Positions 35,782 through 46,600 of a stretch of DNA of 64,000 nt are shown piece by piece. A program made the translations under genes and the position numbers. How positions within the stretch are numbered: position 1 is the first letter of the stretch; the number at the start of each line of letters is the position of its first letter. This DNA comes from an uncultured archaeon (lineage in GTDB: Archaea > Iainarchaeota > Iainarchaeia > Iainarchaeales > 0-14-0-20-30-16), in the NCBI GenBank assembly GCA_964595665.1, contig CAZQQS010000001.1:138-64137 (forward strand), given 5' to 3'. The notes under the pieces are model-generated. The model was not told where the DNA came from. It saw nothing but the letters and a program-made list of their open reading frames with translations, and searched no databases.

Positions 35782-38634
35782 ATGTCTGAAATCCAAACTG
35801 TAGAACAAAAAGAAAAAAGAGTTTTGGATTTCTGGCAAACTAATTTTATTTTTGAAAAGAGTTTAGAAAAAACTAAAGACTCTAAGCCATATATTTTTTA
35901 TGATGGTCCTCCATTTGCTACAGGAACTCCACATTATGGGCATTTATTAGCATCAGTTTTGAAAGATGTATTCCCAAGATATTTTACTATGCAAAATAGA
36001 TATGTAAAAAGAGTTTGGGGTTGGGATTGTCATGGTTTACCTATTGAGAATATTGCTGAAAAAGAATTAGGTATTAATTCGAAAGATGAAATTGAAAAAT
36101 TAGGTGTAAAAAAATTTAATAATTTTTGTAGAAGTAAAGTTTTAACCTATGCTAATGATTGGAAATATTTTGTTGATAGAATTGGAAGATGGGTAGAATT
36201 TGATAATTCTTATAAAACAATGGATAATAATTATATTGAAAGTGTTTGGTGGGCTTTTAAACAATTATATGATAAAGGTTACATTTATGAGGGCGAAAAA
36301 ATTTTAATGTATTGCCCAAGGTGTTCTACTCCATTAGCAAAATCAGAAATTGCTATGGACAATTCGTATAAAATTGTAAAAGATTTAACTGTTGTTTTAA
36401 AATTTAAATTAAAAGAAAAAATAAATGATAATGATGTGTATGCTTTAGCGTGGACAACAACTCCTTGGACTTTACCTTCAAATTTAGCATTAACTGTTAA
36501 TCCAGATTTAATTTATTCTTATATTAAAGATAAAACTGATAATACAATTTATTTATTGGGTAAAGATTTAATATCTAAATTTTTTAAGAGTGAAGAAGAA
36601 TATGAAACAATAAAAGAAATAAAAGGAAAAGAATTAGAAGGTAAAGAATTTGAACCATTGTTTCCTTATTTTGCAAATACTGAAAATGCATTTAAATTTT
36701 TATTAGCTGATTTTGTTACTGCTGAAGATGGTACTGGTATAGTACATACAGCACCAGCATTTGGTGAAGATGATAATGTTGTTTGTAGAAAATATAAAAT
36801 TCCTATGGTTCAACCAGTTGATGAAAAAGGTAATTTTACAAACGATGTAAAAGATTTTGCAGGTAAATACATACATGATGCAAATGAAGAAATAATTAAT
36901 TTTTTAAAATCTCAAAATAAAGTTATATCTGTAAGAAAATTAGAACATGAATATCCTTTTTGTTATAGATGTGAAACTAAATTGATGTATAGAGCTTTAC
37001 CAGCGTGGTTTGTTGATATTCAAAAAATAAAAAATAGATTGCAAGAATTAAATTTAGAAATAAATTGGATTCCAGAATATTTGAAAGAAGGTAGAATGCA
37101 AAATAATATTTCTACTGCGCCAGATTGGAATATTTCAAGAAATAGATATTGGGCTTCAGCTATTCCTATATGGAAAAGTGAAAGTAATAAAATTAAAGTT
37201 ATAGGTTCAATTGAAGAATTAAAAAAATATGCAATTAATTTGCCTGCTGAAGAAATAGATTTACATAAAGATTATTTAGATGAAATTATTTTAAAAGTTA
37301 ATAATGAAGAATATAAAAGAATACCGGAAGTTATGGATTGTTGGTTTGAGTCAGGATCAATGACTTTTGCGCAATTCCATTATCCTTTTGAAAATAAAGA
37401 ATTTTTTGATAAGAATTTTCCAGCACAATTTGTTGTAGAATATATAGGACAAACAAGAGCTTGGTTTTATTATATGATTGTATTATCAGCTATTTTGTTT
37501 GATAAAATACCTTTTGAAAATGTTTTAACTACTGGAACTATTTTAGCAGAAGATGGACAAAAAATGAGTAAGAGTAAAAAGAATTATCCAGATCCAAATA
37601 TAGTTGTAAATAAATATGGTGCAGACGCATTAAGATTTTATTTGTTATCTAGTGCTTTAATGTCTGGAGATAATTTTAATTTTGCTGAAAAAGGTGTTGA
37701 AGAGATTTATAAGAAAGTATCTTTGTTATATTATAACGTAAATAATTTTTATGCTTTGTATAAAGATAATTCTAAAATAGAATTACCAAATTCAAAAAAT
37801 ATTTTGGATTCTTGGATTATTGCTAAAACTCATAATTTAATTAAAGAATGTGAGATTAATTATGAGAAATATGATACTATAAATTTAGCAAAAGAAATTA
37901 GAAGTTTTATTGATGATGATTTATCTACTTGGTATGTTAGAAGATGTAGAGATCGATTTAATGATGGTGATAAAGATGCACAAAAAACATTAGCATATGT
38001 TTTAAGTGAAAGTTCAAAAGTTATTGCTCCATTAATGCCATTTGTTTCAGAATATGTTTATCAAACAGTTTATTCTGAAAAAGAATCTGTACATTTACAA
38101 GATTTTCCAAAATATGATGAAAAATTAATTAATAAAGAGTTAATTGAAAATATGAAGATTGTTAGAAATATTGTTTCATTAGCATTAAAAGAAAGAGAGT
38201 TAGTAAAGATTTCATTAAAACAACCTTTACAAGAATTAATTGTTACTGGTATAACTTTAGAACAAGAATATTTGGATATAATTGCTGATGAATTAAATGT
38301 TAAGAAAATAGTTTTAGGAAATAAAGAAGAGAAAGAAATTTTTGTAAAATTAAATACTGAAATTACTCCAGAATTAGAAGCAGAGGGTTCTGCAAGAGAA
38401 TTATCAAGAGGCATTCAAGCATATAGAAAACAATTAGGTTTGCAACAAAAAGATTTAATAGATTTGGAATTAGTTTTAGATTCTGAATTACAAGTTAAAC
38501 TAACTCCTCAAAAAGAGTTTATTGCGAAAAGAATTAATGCTAAGTCTTTAATCATGGTTTCAGAAGCTAAAGATTATAAAAATAAAACTAATTTTAAGTT
38601 AAAAGATAAAGAGATTATTATTGCTATTTTGTAA
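35782..38634 (+). CDS. ileS: isoleucyl-tRNA synthetase (archaeal/eukaryotic type)
   Basis: PPFATGTPHYGHLLA (HIGH region), KMSKSKKN. Confidence 0.85.
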   Translation: MSEIQTVEQKEKRVLDFWQTNFIFEKSLEKTKDSKPYIFYDGPPFATGTPHYGHLLASVLKDVFPRYFTMQNRYVKRVWGWDCHGLPIENIAEKELGINSKDEIEKLGVKKFNNFCRSKVLTYANDWKYFVDRIGRWVEFDNSYKTMDNNYIESVWWAFKQLYDKGYIYEGEKILMYCPRCSTPLAKSEIAMDNSYKIVKDLTVVLKFKLKEKINDNDVYALAWTTTPWTLPSNLALTVNPDLIYSYIKDKTDNTIYLLGKDLISKFFKSEEEYETIKEIKGKELEGKEFEPLFPYFANTENAFKFLLADFVTAEDGTGIVHTAPAFGEDDNVVCRKYKIPMVQPVDEKGNFTNDVKDFAGKYIHDANEEIINFLKSQNKVISVRKLEHEYPFCYRCETKLMYRALPAWFVDIQKIKNRLQELNLEINWIPEYLKEGRMQNNISTAPDWNISRNRYWASAIPIWKSESNKIKVIGSIEELKKYAINLPAEEIDLHKDYLDEIILKVNNEEYKRIPEVMDCWFESGSMTFAQFHYPFENKEFFDKNFPAQFVVEYIGQTRAWFYYMIVLSAILFDKIPFENVLTTGTILAEDGQKMSKSKKNYPDPNIVVNKYGADALRFYLLSSALMSGDNFNFAEKGVEEIYKKVSLLYYNVNNFYALYKDNSKIELPNSKNILDSWIIAKTHNLIKECEINYEKYDTINLAKEIRSFIDDDLSTWYVRRCRDRFNDGDKDAQKTLAYVLSESSKVIAPLMPFVSEYVYQTVYSEKESVHLQDFPKYDEKLINKELIENMKIVRNIVSLALKERELVKISLKQPLQELIVTGITLEQEYLDIIADELNVKKIVLGNKEEKEIFVKLNTEITPELEAEGSARELSRGIQAYRKQLGLQQKDLIDLELVLDSELQVKLTPQKEFIAKRINAKSLIMVSEAKDYKNKTNFKLKDKEIIIAIL

Positions 38635-38694
38635 TGGTTTATATTTTAGTAAAATTTATATATTCTTATACCGATTATAATTAATGGTGATTTT

Positions 38695-39252
38695 ATGGTA
38701 AATTCAACTGATTTAGATAGATTAATAAGTACTTTTAATAGATTAAGTTTAATTGGGAAAGCAAATTTTTTATATGGTCTGGAGCAAAAAGTATTAAATA
38801 ATTATAAAATTAATCCTGATTTAATTCCTGCTTTTTTTGAAATTTATAAAACAAATAAAAAGCATTTTGGAGGTAGAATATTATATGTTCTTTCAGAAAG
38901 TGTCATAAATGGAGTAAATTTTGAAAATCATGTTGAAGAATTAATTAATTTATTAAAAAAAGAACAAAATTTATCGTTTAAAGAGAAATTTATTGGTTTA
39001 TTAAGAATTGAATTTGCAAGAACTACAGATGTAAATAAATTAAAAACTTATAAAAAATTATTAATTGAAAATAATTTAGCTAAAAGTAGAGTTATGGAAT
39101 TCTTAGATTATCATTTATCAGTTAAATCTGGATTAAAATCTAAACCAATAGATGCTCCTGATGAGGCATTTAAAGTAATAAAAGATAATATTAGAACAAG
39201 AGCTATGAAAGGCCCAAATAGAGTAAAACCATTAACACATATTTTAAAATAA
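38695..39252 (+). CDS. hypothetical protein
   Basis: 185-aa ORF, no recognised motif. Confidence 0.3.
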   Translation: MVNSTDLDRLISTFNRLSLIGKANFLYGLEQKVLNNYKINPDLIPAFFEIYKTNKKHFGGRILYVLSESVINGVNFENHVEELINLLKKEQNLSFKEKFIGLLRIEFARTTDVNKLKTYKKLLIENNLAKSRVMEFLDYHLSVKSGLKSKPIDAPDEAFKVIKDNIRTRAMKGPNRVKPLTHILK

Positions 39253-39326
39253 TTTTAGATTCTTATTTCTAAATAGATTTCAATTTCTTAAGTAAGATTT
39301 ATATATTTATAAGTTATATTAGTATA

Positions 39327-39764
39327 ATGCCACATAGAAGATTTTTTTCATTTTTAGATAAATATAAGCATGAAAATGTTGAAAATAAGATTGAAAAACC
39401 AAAATTGAGTTTGGGACAAAGATCTGCAGATGCAGTAACTGTTTTTGTAGGATCTTGGAAATTTATTATTATTACTTGTATAGTAATATTTTCTTGGATT
39501 TTGGTAAACATTTATTTTGTATTTGTTAGGTGGGATCCATATCCATTTATTTTGTTGAATTTAACATTATCTACTTTGGCAACTTTGCATACTCCTATAA
39601 TTTTAATGAGTCAAAATAGACAAGCAGAAATCGATAGAGTTACTGCTGAATATGATTATAAAGTAAACATAAAAGCAGAAAAGGAAATAAAAGATATGCA
39701 AAAAGATTTAGATCAAATAAAGGTTATGATTCAAGATTTACATTCTAACATAAAGAAAAAGTAA
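39327..39764 (+). CDS. DUF1003-family membrane protein
   Basis: WDPYPFILLNLTLS...ILMSQNRQ signature, 2 TM helices. Confidence 0.6.
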   Translation: MPHRRFFSFLDKYKHENVENKIEKPKLSLGQRSADAVTVFVGSWKFIIITCIVIFSWILVNIYFVFVRWDPYPFILLNLTLSTLATLHTPIILMSQNRQAEIDRVTAEYDYKVNIKAEKEIKDMQKDLDQIKVMIQDLHSNIKKK

Positions 39765-39853
39765 AGTTTCCTTTATAAACCTTTATTATCTATAATATAT
39801 AATAAAATTTCTTATTTTAAGATATTGGCTTAAACAATGACTTTGAAGGAGGA

Positions 39854-40225
39854 GTGAATATGCCACAATTTGTAAAATATAGTGTAACTGAAGATTTGAC
39901 TAATAAATTAGCAGATTTTTTAGGTAAAGCATCAAAAACAGGAAAAATAAAAGCTGGAGTTAATGAAGTAACTAAAATGTTAGAAAGAGGTCAAGCTAAA
40001 TTAATAGTTATGGCTGAAGATGTTAGTCCAGAAGAATTATTATATCACATACCTGTTTTATGTAATGATAAAAAAATACCTTTTTCTTATGCAAAAGATA
40101 AAAAAGAATTGGGAAAAATGTGTAATTTAAAAGTTGGTGCTTCTTGTGTTGCTGTAATTAACGAAGGAGTTGCAAAAAAAGAATTAGATGATATTGCAAA
40201 AATAATAAAAGAATTAGTTAAATAG
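39854..40225 (+). CDS. rpl7ae: ribosomal protein eL8/L7Ae (K-turn binding)
   Basis: similarity. Confidence 0.9.
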   Translation: MNMPQFVKYSVTEDLTNKLADFLGKASKTGKIKAGVNEVTKMLERGQAKLIVMAEDVSPEELLYHIPVLCNDKKIPFSYAKDKKELGKMCNLKVGASCVAVINEGVAKKELDDIAKIIKELVK

Positions 40226-40240
40226 ATGTAGGTGATATTT

Positions 40241-40462
40241 ATGGCTGATAATGAAGAATACGGAACACCTGCAGAAGTTGTTAATGTAATAAAAAGAACT
40301 GGAGTTTCTGGTGAAGTAACTCAAGTTTTATGTAAAATATTAGATGGCAACGAAAAAGGAAGAATAAAGAGAAGAAATGTTAAAGGTAGAGTTAAGAAAG
40401 GAGATATATTAACATTAGTTAATACTCAAAAAGAAGCTAAAGACATTTCTGCGAAAAGGTGA
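40241..40462 (+). CDS. rps28e: ribosomal protein eS28
   Basis: similarity; canonical L7Ae-S28e-L24e trio. Confidence 0.9.
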   Translation: MADNEEYGTPAEVVNVIKRTGVSGEVTQVLCKILDGNEKGRIKRRNVKGRVKKGDILTLVNTQKEAKDISAKR

Positions 40463-40653
40463 AATTTATGAATTGTCATTTTTGTAATAAAGTAATTCCT
40501 GAAGGAACAGGAATATTATTTGTAAAAAAAGATGGAACATCTTACAGTTTTTGTAGCAGTAAATGTGAAAAAAATCAAATAAAATTAAAAAGAAAGTCTG
40601 CTAAAATTGTATGGGCTAAAAAACCAAAAAAATCTAAATCATTAGATAAGTGA
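40459..40653 (+). CDS. rpl24e: ribosomal protein eL24
   Basis: CxxC...CSSKC zinc ribbon. Confidence 0.9.
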   Translation: MKFMNCHFCNKVIPEGTGILFVKKDGTSYSFCSSKCEKNQIKLKRKSAKIVWAKKPKKSKSLDK

Positions 40654-40665
40654 TGGTGATGGTTT

Positions 40666-42402
40666 TTGATTCGTGCACCTATTGTAGTAGTTGGGGGGCA
40701 TGTTGACCACGGAAAAACAACTTTGTTAGATTATTTACGTGGTACAATTATTGCTGAAAAAGAAGCTGGAAGAATAACTCAACACATAGGTGCAACTGAA
40801 ATACCATTATCCCTAATTCAAGAAATTTCTGGAGATCTATTAAAAAAATACGGATTTAATCTGAAGATTCCAGGGTTATTATTTATTGATACTCCAGGAC
40901 ATGAAGCATTTAGTTCTTTAAGAAAAAGAGGATGTAGTATTGCAGATATTGGTGTTTTAATAATAGATATTATGCAAGGAATTCAACCACAAACTTTAGA
41001 AGTTGTAAACTATTTAAAAGAAAATAAAGTTCCTTTTGTAATTGCATTAACAAAAGTAGATAAATTAAAAGGTTTTGATTTTAAAACCACAAAAGAATTA
41101 TTTACTGAATTAGATGAAAATAGATCACAATTTGCTCAAGATTTAAATGAAAAATTATATTCTATAATGGCCAAGCTTTCGGAATTTAATTTAGATTCAG
41201 ATCGATTTGATAATGTTGCTGATTTTACAAAAAAATTGTTATTAATTCCTGTAAGTTCTAAAACAGGATTTGGTATGCCAGAATTATTACTGTTTTTATC
41301 AGGACTAGCACAAAAATTTTTAGAAAAGAATTTAACTTTAGATTTAGATTCTGGAAAAGCAGTTGTTTTAGAAATTAATGAAGTTAAAGGATTTGGTAAA
41401 ACTGCAGATGTAATTTTATATGATGGTAAAATATCAAAAAATGATATTATAAAAATAGATTCCCAAAATAATTTTAATATAACAAAAGTAAAGCAATTAT
41501 TATTGCCCAAGCCTTTATCAGATTTAAGAACTGTAAAATCAGGGTTTTTAGCAAAAGATACTATTGGTGCAGCATCAGGATTAAAAATTGTGTTTAATGA
41601 TCCTGAATTAATAAGTGCTGGTGATGAATTACAAGTTATAACTAAAGAAGATGCAGATAAATTAGAAATAACTAAAAAAGAAATTTGTACAATAAAAGAG
41701 AAAGGTATAGTTGTAAAAGTTGACACCCAAGGATCATTAGATGCAATTATGGAATTGGCATGTAAAGAAAATATAGCAATAGGAAAATTAGCTTGTGGTA
41801 ATTTTTTAAAAGAAGATGTTTTAGAAGCAAAATTATTTGGTAAAGAAGATCCATTATATTCTGCTGTTTTTGTTTTTAATCAAAAGATTTGTCCAGAAGT
41901 AGAACAATATGCTAAAGAACAAGGTGTAAGAATATTTAGTTCAAATGTAGTCTATAAATTATTTGAAGAATATAAAAAATGGGCAAAAGATATTTTGGAA
42001 AAACAAAAAGAAAAAGATATGAAAAATATTCTTTATCCTGCTAAAATTGAAATATTTAAAGATTGTATTTTTAGAAAATCTAAACCTTGTGTTTTAGGAG
42101 TAAAGGTTTTAGATGGTGTATTAAAACCAAATACAAAATTATTTTATAATAATAAAATTATTGGAACTTTAAAACAAATCCAATTAAATGGTAAAGCTAT
42201 TGGAGAAGCAAAAAAAGACGATGAAATCGCAATTTCTTCGGATGATTTGAACTTTGAAAAGGATATAGATTTAAATATAACCAATATATGTTATATATAT
42301 ATACCGATTTCCCAAAGAAGTGCGGTTAAAAAATATCTTTATTCTGAGTTTAAAGAATTAATAGACGAACTATTTGAAAAGTATGTTAATTCTGATATTT
42401 AA
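40666..42402 (+). CDS. infB: translation initiation factor aIF5B (IF-2 homologue)
   Basis: GHVDHGKTTLLD G1 motif, 578 aa; TTG start. Confidence 0.9.
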   Translation: MIRAPIVVVGGHVDHGKTTLLDYLRGTIIAEKEAGRITQHIGATEIPLSLIQEISGDLLKKYGFNLKIPGLLFIDTPGHEAFSSLRKRGCSIADIGVLIIDIMQGIQPQTLEVVNYLKENKVPFVIALTKVDKLKGFDFKTTKELFTELDENRSQFAQDLNEKLYSIMAKLSEFNLDSDRFDNVADFTKKLLLIPVSSKTGFGMPELLLFLSGLAQKFLEKNLTLDLDSGKAVVLEINEVKGFGKTADVILYDGKISKNDIIKIDSQNNFNITKVKQLLLPKPLSDLRTVKSGFLAKDTIGAASGLKIVFNDPELISAGDELQVITKEDADKLEITKKEICTIKEKGIVVKVDTQGSLDAIMELACKENIAIGKLACGNFLKEDVLEAKLFGKEDPLYSAVFVFNQKICPEVEQYAKEQGVRIFSSNVVYKLFEEYKKWAKDILEKQKEKDMKNILYPAKIEIFKDCIFRKSKPCVLGVKVLDGVLKPNTKLFYNNKIIGTLKQIQLNGKAIGEAKKDDEIAISSDDLNFEKDIDLNITNICYIYIPISQRSAVKKYLYSEFKELIDELFEKYVNSDI

Positions 42403-42440
42403 GATGTTTATTTTGTAAAAATGTTTAATGAGGTGTGTAA

Positions 42441-42818
42441 ATGATTATAAATTTAGCAAATTCAAAGACTTCAAAAACTTATAGTGTAAAAACAGAAGCT
42501 CCAGTATATTTGGGGAAAAAATTAGGTGATGAAGTAGATTTAAGTGTTTTAAATTTAAAAGGTAAGGGTAAAATATCTGGTGGATCATCAAAATCAGGAT
42601 TTCCAATGGTACCTTTTATTTCAGGAACTGGAAATAAAACTACATTATTATCTGATGGTTTAGCTTTTAATGCAACACATAAGGGTGAAAAAAAGAGAAG
42701 AACAGTTAATGCAAATACAATAGATGATAGTATAGAGCAAGTAAACATAATTATTTTAGATATAGATAAATCTCACAATTTAGATGAGTTGTTCCCAAAA
42801 CAAGAAAAGAAAGAGTAA
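42441..42818 (+). CDS. rps6e: ribosomal protein eS6
   Basis: similarity. Confidence 0.85.
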   Translation: MIINLANSKTSKTYSVKTEAPVYLGKKLGDEVDLSVLNLKGKGKISGGSSKSGFPMVPFISGTGNKTTLLSDGLAFNATHKGEKKRRTVNANTIDDSIEQVNIIILDIDKSHNLDELFPKQEKKE

Positions 42819-42822
42819 ATAG

Positions 42823-44016
42823 GTGAAATATTTGATTGCACAGTCAGAAGTTAATATAGGTATAATTGGTCACGTAGATCATGGTAAAACTGCTTTAACT
42901 AAAATGCTGACTGGTAAATGGGTAGATACTCACTCAGAAGAATTAAAAAGAGGAATATCAATTAGATTGGGATATGCTGATGTAATTTTTAAAAAATTAC
43001 CTAAAAAAGATGATTTTGAAGCATATACTACTTTAGATGAAATTAATGGTGAAAAAACTGAAGCTGTAAAAAGAATATCTATAGTTGATAGCCCAGGACA
43101 TGAATCTTTAATGGCAACAATGTTAAGTGGTGTTGCAATAATTGATTGTGCAATTTTAGTAATTGCTGCAAATGAGAAATGTCCTATGCCTCGAACTATG
43201 GAACATTTATTAGCTGCAAAATATTCTGGTATAAAAGAATTGATTGTAGTTCAAAATAAAATTGATTTAGTTAATGAGGAACAAGCAAAACAAAATTATA
43301 AAGATATTAAAAAGTTTTTAGAAGATTTAGATTTTAAAGATGTTCCAATAATTCCAATATCTGCGAATCATAGCATAAATAAAGATGTTTTAATTTATGC
43401 AATTTCAAATTATTTTAAAAAGAATCCAAAAAAAGAATCTGAAGAATTTAAAATGTATATTGTAAGATCATTTGATGTTAATAAACCCGGTGCAGATGTT
43501 GAAAATTTAATTGGTGGAATTATTGGTGGTTCAATAGTTTCTGGAAAAGTAAAATTAAATGATGAAATTGAAATTAATGTTGGTGAAAAAAATATTAAAA
43601 CAAAAGTTTTAGCATTAAATACAGAATTAGGATCAATAAAAGAAGCTGGTTCTGGAGGGTTAATTGCTATTGCTACAAATTTAGATCCTAGTATAACTCA
43701 AAACGATAAATTAAAAGGACAAGTAATTTATAAAGCGGGTAAAATGCCTTCTCCAAAAAGCAATATTTTAGTTGATATGCATACAATTGATAGATTATTA
43801 GTAGATGATATGAAAAAGCCTTTAATAGTTAATGAACCATTAATTATTACTATAGGTACTACAACAGCAATAGGTCAAGTTGCATCTATTAAAAATAATT
43901 TAGTAAGATTTACATTAAGAGTTCCAGTAATAATAGAAAAAGAACAACAGATATCTATTAGTAGAAGATCTGTAAATGGTTGGCGATTATATGGTTATGG
44001 GTTTATCAAAGAATAA
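42823..44016 (+). CDS. translation initiation factor aIF2 gamma subunit
   Basis: GHVDHGKTALT, zinc knuckle absent/variant, EF-Tu-like. Confidence 0.9.
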   Translation: MKYLIAQSEVNIGIIGHVDHGKTALTKMLTGKWVDTHSEELKRGISIRLGYADVIFKKLPKKDDFEAYTTLDEINGEKTEAVKRISIVDSPGHESLMATMLSGVAIIDCAILVIAANEKCPMPRTMEHLLAAKYSGIKELIVVQNKIDLVNEEQAKQNYKDIKKFLEDLDFKDVPIIPISANHSINKDVLIYAISNYFKKNPKKESEEFKMYIVRSFDVNKPGADVENLIGGIIGGSIVSGKVKLNDEIEINVGEKNIKTKVLALNTELGSIKEAGSGGLIAIATNLDPSITQNDKLKGQVIYKAGKMPSPKSNILVDMHTIDRLLVDDMKKPLIVNEPLIITIGTTTAIGQVASIKNNLVRFTLRVPVIIEKEQQISISRRSVNGWRLYGYGFIKE

Positions 44017-44374
44017 AGTTATTTTAGACACAAGTGCTTTACTTTTATTAAGTGAAGGATATAATTTTTTTGACAAAGTAGAAAGAGAATTTGGAAATGT
44101 TGAATATATTGTTCCAAAAAGTGTTGTTTCAGAAATGAATAAATTATCTAGAGAAAATTTAAAGCATAAAAAGAGTTTAAATTTGTTTATGCGTTTATTA
44201 GATACATATAATATGAGAATTATTGAAACTGGAAATACTTATGCTGATAAAGATTTGTTGGAAATGGATGGAAGTTTATTTGTTACAACAGATTTTGAAT
44301 TAGCAAAAAAATTAAAAGATCAAGGTAAAAAGATATTTGTATTAAAACATAATAAGTTTTATGATTATTATTGA
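43976..44374 (+). CDS. PIN-domain protein (conserved aIF2gamma-PIN-RpoE neighbourhood)
   Basis: ILDTSAL acidic PIN motif; overlaps aIF2gamma 3' end, start probably internal. Confidence 0.6.
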   Translation: MVGDYMVMGLSKNKVILDTSALLLLSEGYNFFDKVEREFGNVEYIVPKSVVSEMNKLSRENLKHKKSLNLFMRLLDTYNMRIIETGNTYADKDLLEMDGSLFVTTDFELAKKLKDQGKKIFVLKHNKFYDYY

Positions 44375-44383
44375 GGTGGATAA

Positions 44384-44998
44384 ATGTTTCAATTAGTAAA
44401 TATAGAGGATTTTGTAGGAATACCTCCATATATGTTAGATTCTGATTTAAATGAATCTATAAAGAACATTTTAAATGAAGAAAAAATTGGTTTAGTAGAT
44501 AAAGATTTTGGTGTTGTTTTAGGGGTAGTAGATATATTAAAAACAGATCACACAAAAGTTTTACCTGGGGATAGTAATGCTTATGTAAATGTAGAATATT
44601 CTTTATTAACTTTTAAACCAGATTTACAAAATGTTTATGAAGGATATGTTAAAGAAGTTGCTGAATTTGGAGCATTTATGGATTTAGGTCCATTTGATGC
44701 ATTAATCCATGTTTCACAATTGATGAATGACTTTGTTAGTTTTGATCCTAAAAATAAAAACTTTGTTGGAAAAGAAAGTAATCATGTTTTAGGAAAAGGA
44801 GATTTAATTTATGCTAGAGTAGTAAGTGTGAGTTATAAAAACAATGCTGTTCAAACAAAAATTGGATTAACTATGAGACAAAGTGGTTTAGGTAAAATGG
44901 AATGGATTGAAAAAGAAAATTCTAAATCAGAATTATCTGAAACAAAAGTTCCAAAAGAAAAAAAAGAAAAAGCTACTAAAGCTAATAAAGAGAAGTGA
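44384..44998 (+). CDS. rpoE: RNA polymerase subunit E (Rpo7), S1 domain, Lys/Glu-rich tail
   Basis: similarity, synteny. Confidence 0.85.
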   Translation: MFQLVNIEDFVGIPPYMLDSDLNESIKNILNEEKIGLVDKDFGVVLGVVDILKTDHTKVLPGDSNAYVNVEYSLLTFKPDLQNVYEGYVKEVAEFGAFMDLGPFDALIHVSQLMNDFVSFDPKNKNFVGKESNHVLGKGDLIYARVVSVSYKNNAVQTKIGLTMRQSGLGKMEWIEKENSKSELSETKVPKEKKEKATKANKEK

Positions 44999-45003
44999 TT
45001 TTT

Positions 45004-45204
45004 ATGCCAATTAAAACAATTGCTTGTAAAAAATGTGGGTTTGTAATTGACGAGCCAAATGTAGAAGAATGTCCAAATTGTCAAAATAAAAAATTTACTA
45101 CATTTTGGAAAGGTGCAGTTATTGTTAATGATCCTGAAAACTCAATAGTTGCAAAAAAATTAAATATTGAAAATAAAGGAAAATATGCTTTAAGAATAAA
45201 TTAG
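45004..45204 (+). CDS. spt4: Spt4 / RNA polymerase subunit E''
   Basis: CKKCG...CPNC zinc ribbon; ATG 45004 preferred to GTG 44995. Confidence 0.85.
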   Translation: MPIKTIACKKCGFVIDEPNVEECPNCQNKKFTTFWKGAVIVNDPENSIVAKKLNIENKGKYALRIN

Positions 45205-45212
45205 GTGATATA

Positions 45213-45551
45213 ATGAAATTTGAAATATTAGAACAAAAAGATAATAGGTTGTTAAACAGAAAAGACTTTATTGTTAAAATAAATGAAGTTAATATAACTC
45301 CAAAAAGACAAGAAGTATTGAAAAGTTTTGCAGCAAAACAAGGTATGGATGAAAAAAAATTAGTAGTAGATAAAATAAGCTCAGAAAGTGGAATAAAAGA
45401 TGTTGTAGTTTATTTTAAATATTATGACGATGTTAATTCTTTGAAAAAAATAGAATTAAAAGATAATTTAAAACATTATGAAAAATTAAATCCTAAACCT
45501 GAAGAAAAAAAGAAAGAAGCAAAAGAAGAAAAAAAAGAGAGTGATGCTTAA
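45213..45551 (+). CDS. rps24e: ribosomal protein eS24
   Basis: similarity. Confidence 0.85.
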   Translation: MKFEILEQKDNRLLNRKDFIVKINEVNITPKRQEVLKSFAAKQGMDEKKLVVDKISSESGIKDVVVYFKYYDDVNSLKKIELKDNLKHYEKLNPKPEEKKKEAKEEKKESDA

Positions 45552-45763
45552 TGGCTCCAAAAAAAGATGCTAAGTCAGGTAAGAAACCACATAAAAAAAC
45601 ATTAAGAATTAAGAAAAGTGCATTTTATGAAGTTAAAGAAAATTCTGTAATAAGAAAAAGAAAAACTTGTGTTAAATGTGGTGCAGGAGTATTTATGGCT
45701 GAACATAAAGACAGATACACTTGCGGTAAATGTGGTTACACTGAAATGAAAAAGAAGGAATAA
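45551..45763 (+). CDS. rps27ae: ribosomal protein eS31 (S27ae)
   Basis: CVKCGAG...CGKCG zinc ribbon. Confidence 0.85.
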   Translation: MAPKKDAKSGKKPHKKTLRIKKSAFYEVKENSVIRKRKTCVKCGAGVFMAEHKDRYTCGKCGYTEMKKKE

Positions 45764-45775
45764 AATTCCTTTTTT
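45756..45775 (+). terminator. hairpin (AGGAAT-AAA-ATTCCT) followed by T5; likely operon terminator
   Basis: stem-loop overlapping the eS31 stop codon followed by an oligo-T tract. Confidence 0.5.
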
Positions 45776-45812
45776 CGTTCCTATTTTTATTTTTATTTAT
45801 TTTATTATATTT

Positions 45813-46196
45813 ATGTCTGATATTAAAATGACTAAAGAGTTAATTGATGAGTTATTATTAGGTTGTAAGAATGCTTATCCTAATGAATTTTTTGCTATGT
45901 TATCTTCTGATAAAAATAATCTAGTAGATAGCTATGTTGTTGTTCCATTATTTTATCAAACGGAAAATTCTGTTTCTTATAGGACTGATTTATTGCCTTT
46001 AGGTTTTAAAGTATTAGGCACAATACATTCACATCCTTCTGGTTCAAATGTTCCTAGCTATGCTGATTTGAATAGTTTTGTTAAATCTGGGCAAGTTCAT
46101 TTTATTGTAAAATACCCTTATAAATTAGAAGATATTGCTTGTTATAATGCAGAAGGTAAAAGAGTAAATTTTGAAATATTAGATACCTTTAAATAG
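45813..46196 (+). CDS. JAMM/MPN+ metalloprotease
   Basis: HSHPSGSNVPSYADL JAMM motif. Confidence 0.7.
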   Translation: MSDIKMTKELIDELLLGCKNAYPNEFFAMLSSDKNNLVDSYVVVPLFYQTENSVSYRTDLLPLGFKVLGTIHSHPSGSNVPSYADLNSFVKSGQVHFIVKYPYKLEDIACYNAEGKRVNFEILDTFK

Positions 46197-46216
46197 TTTT
46201 CAAAAGATATTATATT

Positions 46217-46600
46217 ATGGATTTAAATAGTAAAATTGATAATATTGTTTTAGAACTAAAAAAAGATTCTAATGTTTTGGCTGTTTATTTATTTGGTTCT
46301 TATGCTTTAAATAAACAAAAACCATATTCTGACATAGATTTATGTATTTTTCTAAAAGATTATTCTAATTATTTAGATTATTATGGATTTAGCAGTAAAT
46401 TTGTTGACATTTCTACATTTAATAAATTGCCATTAACTGCAAAATATAAAGTATTTAAAGAAGGTAAACCTATTTATGTGAAAAATAAACAAGAATTAGA
46501 AGAAATTCTAAGAATTACTATGAGAGATTATTTAGATTTTAAATATCATTTTGATTATCAATTAAATTATTTTTTAAATAAACCAAGTGTATCTTTATGA
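46217..46600 (+). CDS. minimal nucleotidyltransferase (MNT/MntA-type antitoxin)
   Basis: LFGSYA...SDIDL nucleotidyltransferase motif. Confidence 0.7.
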   Translation: MDLNSKIDNIVLELKKDSNVLAVYLFGSYALNKQKPYSDIDLCIFLKDYSNYLDYYGFSSKFVDISTFNKLPLTAKYKVFKEGKPIYVKNKQELEEILRITMRDYLDFKYHFDYQLNYFLNKPSVSL

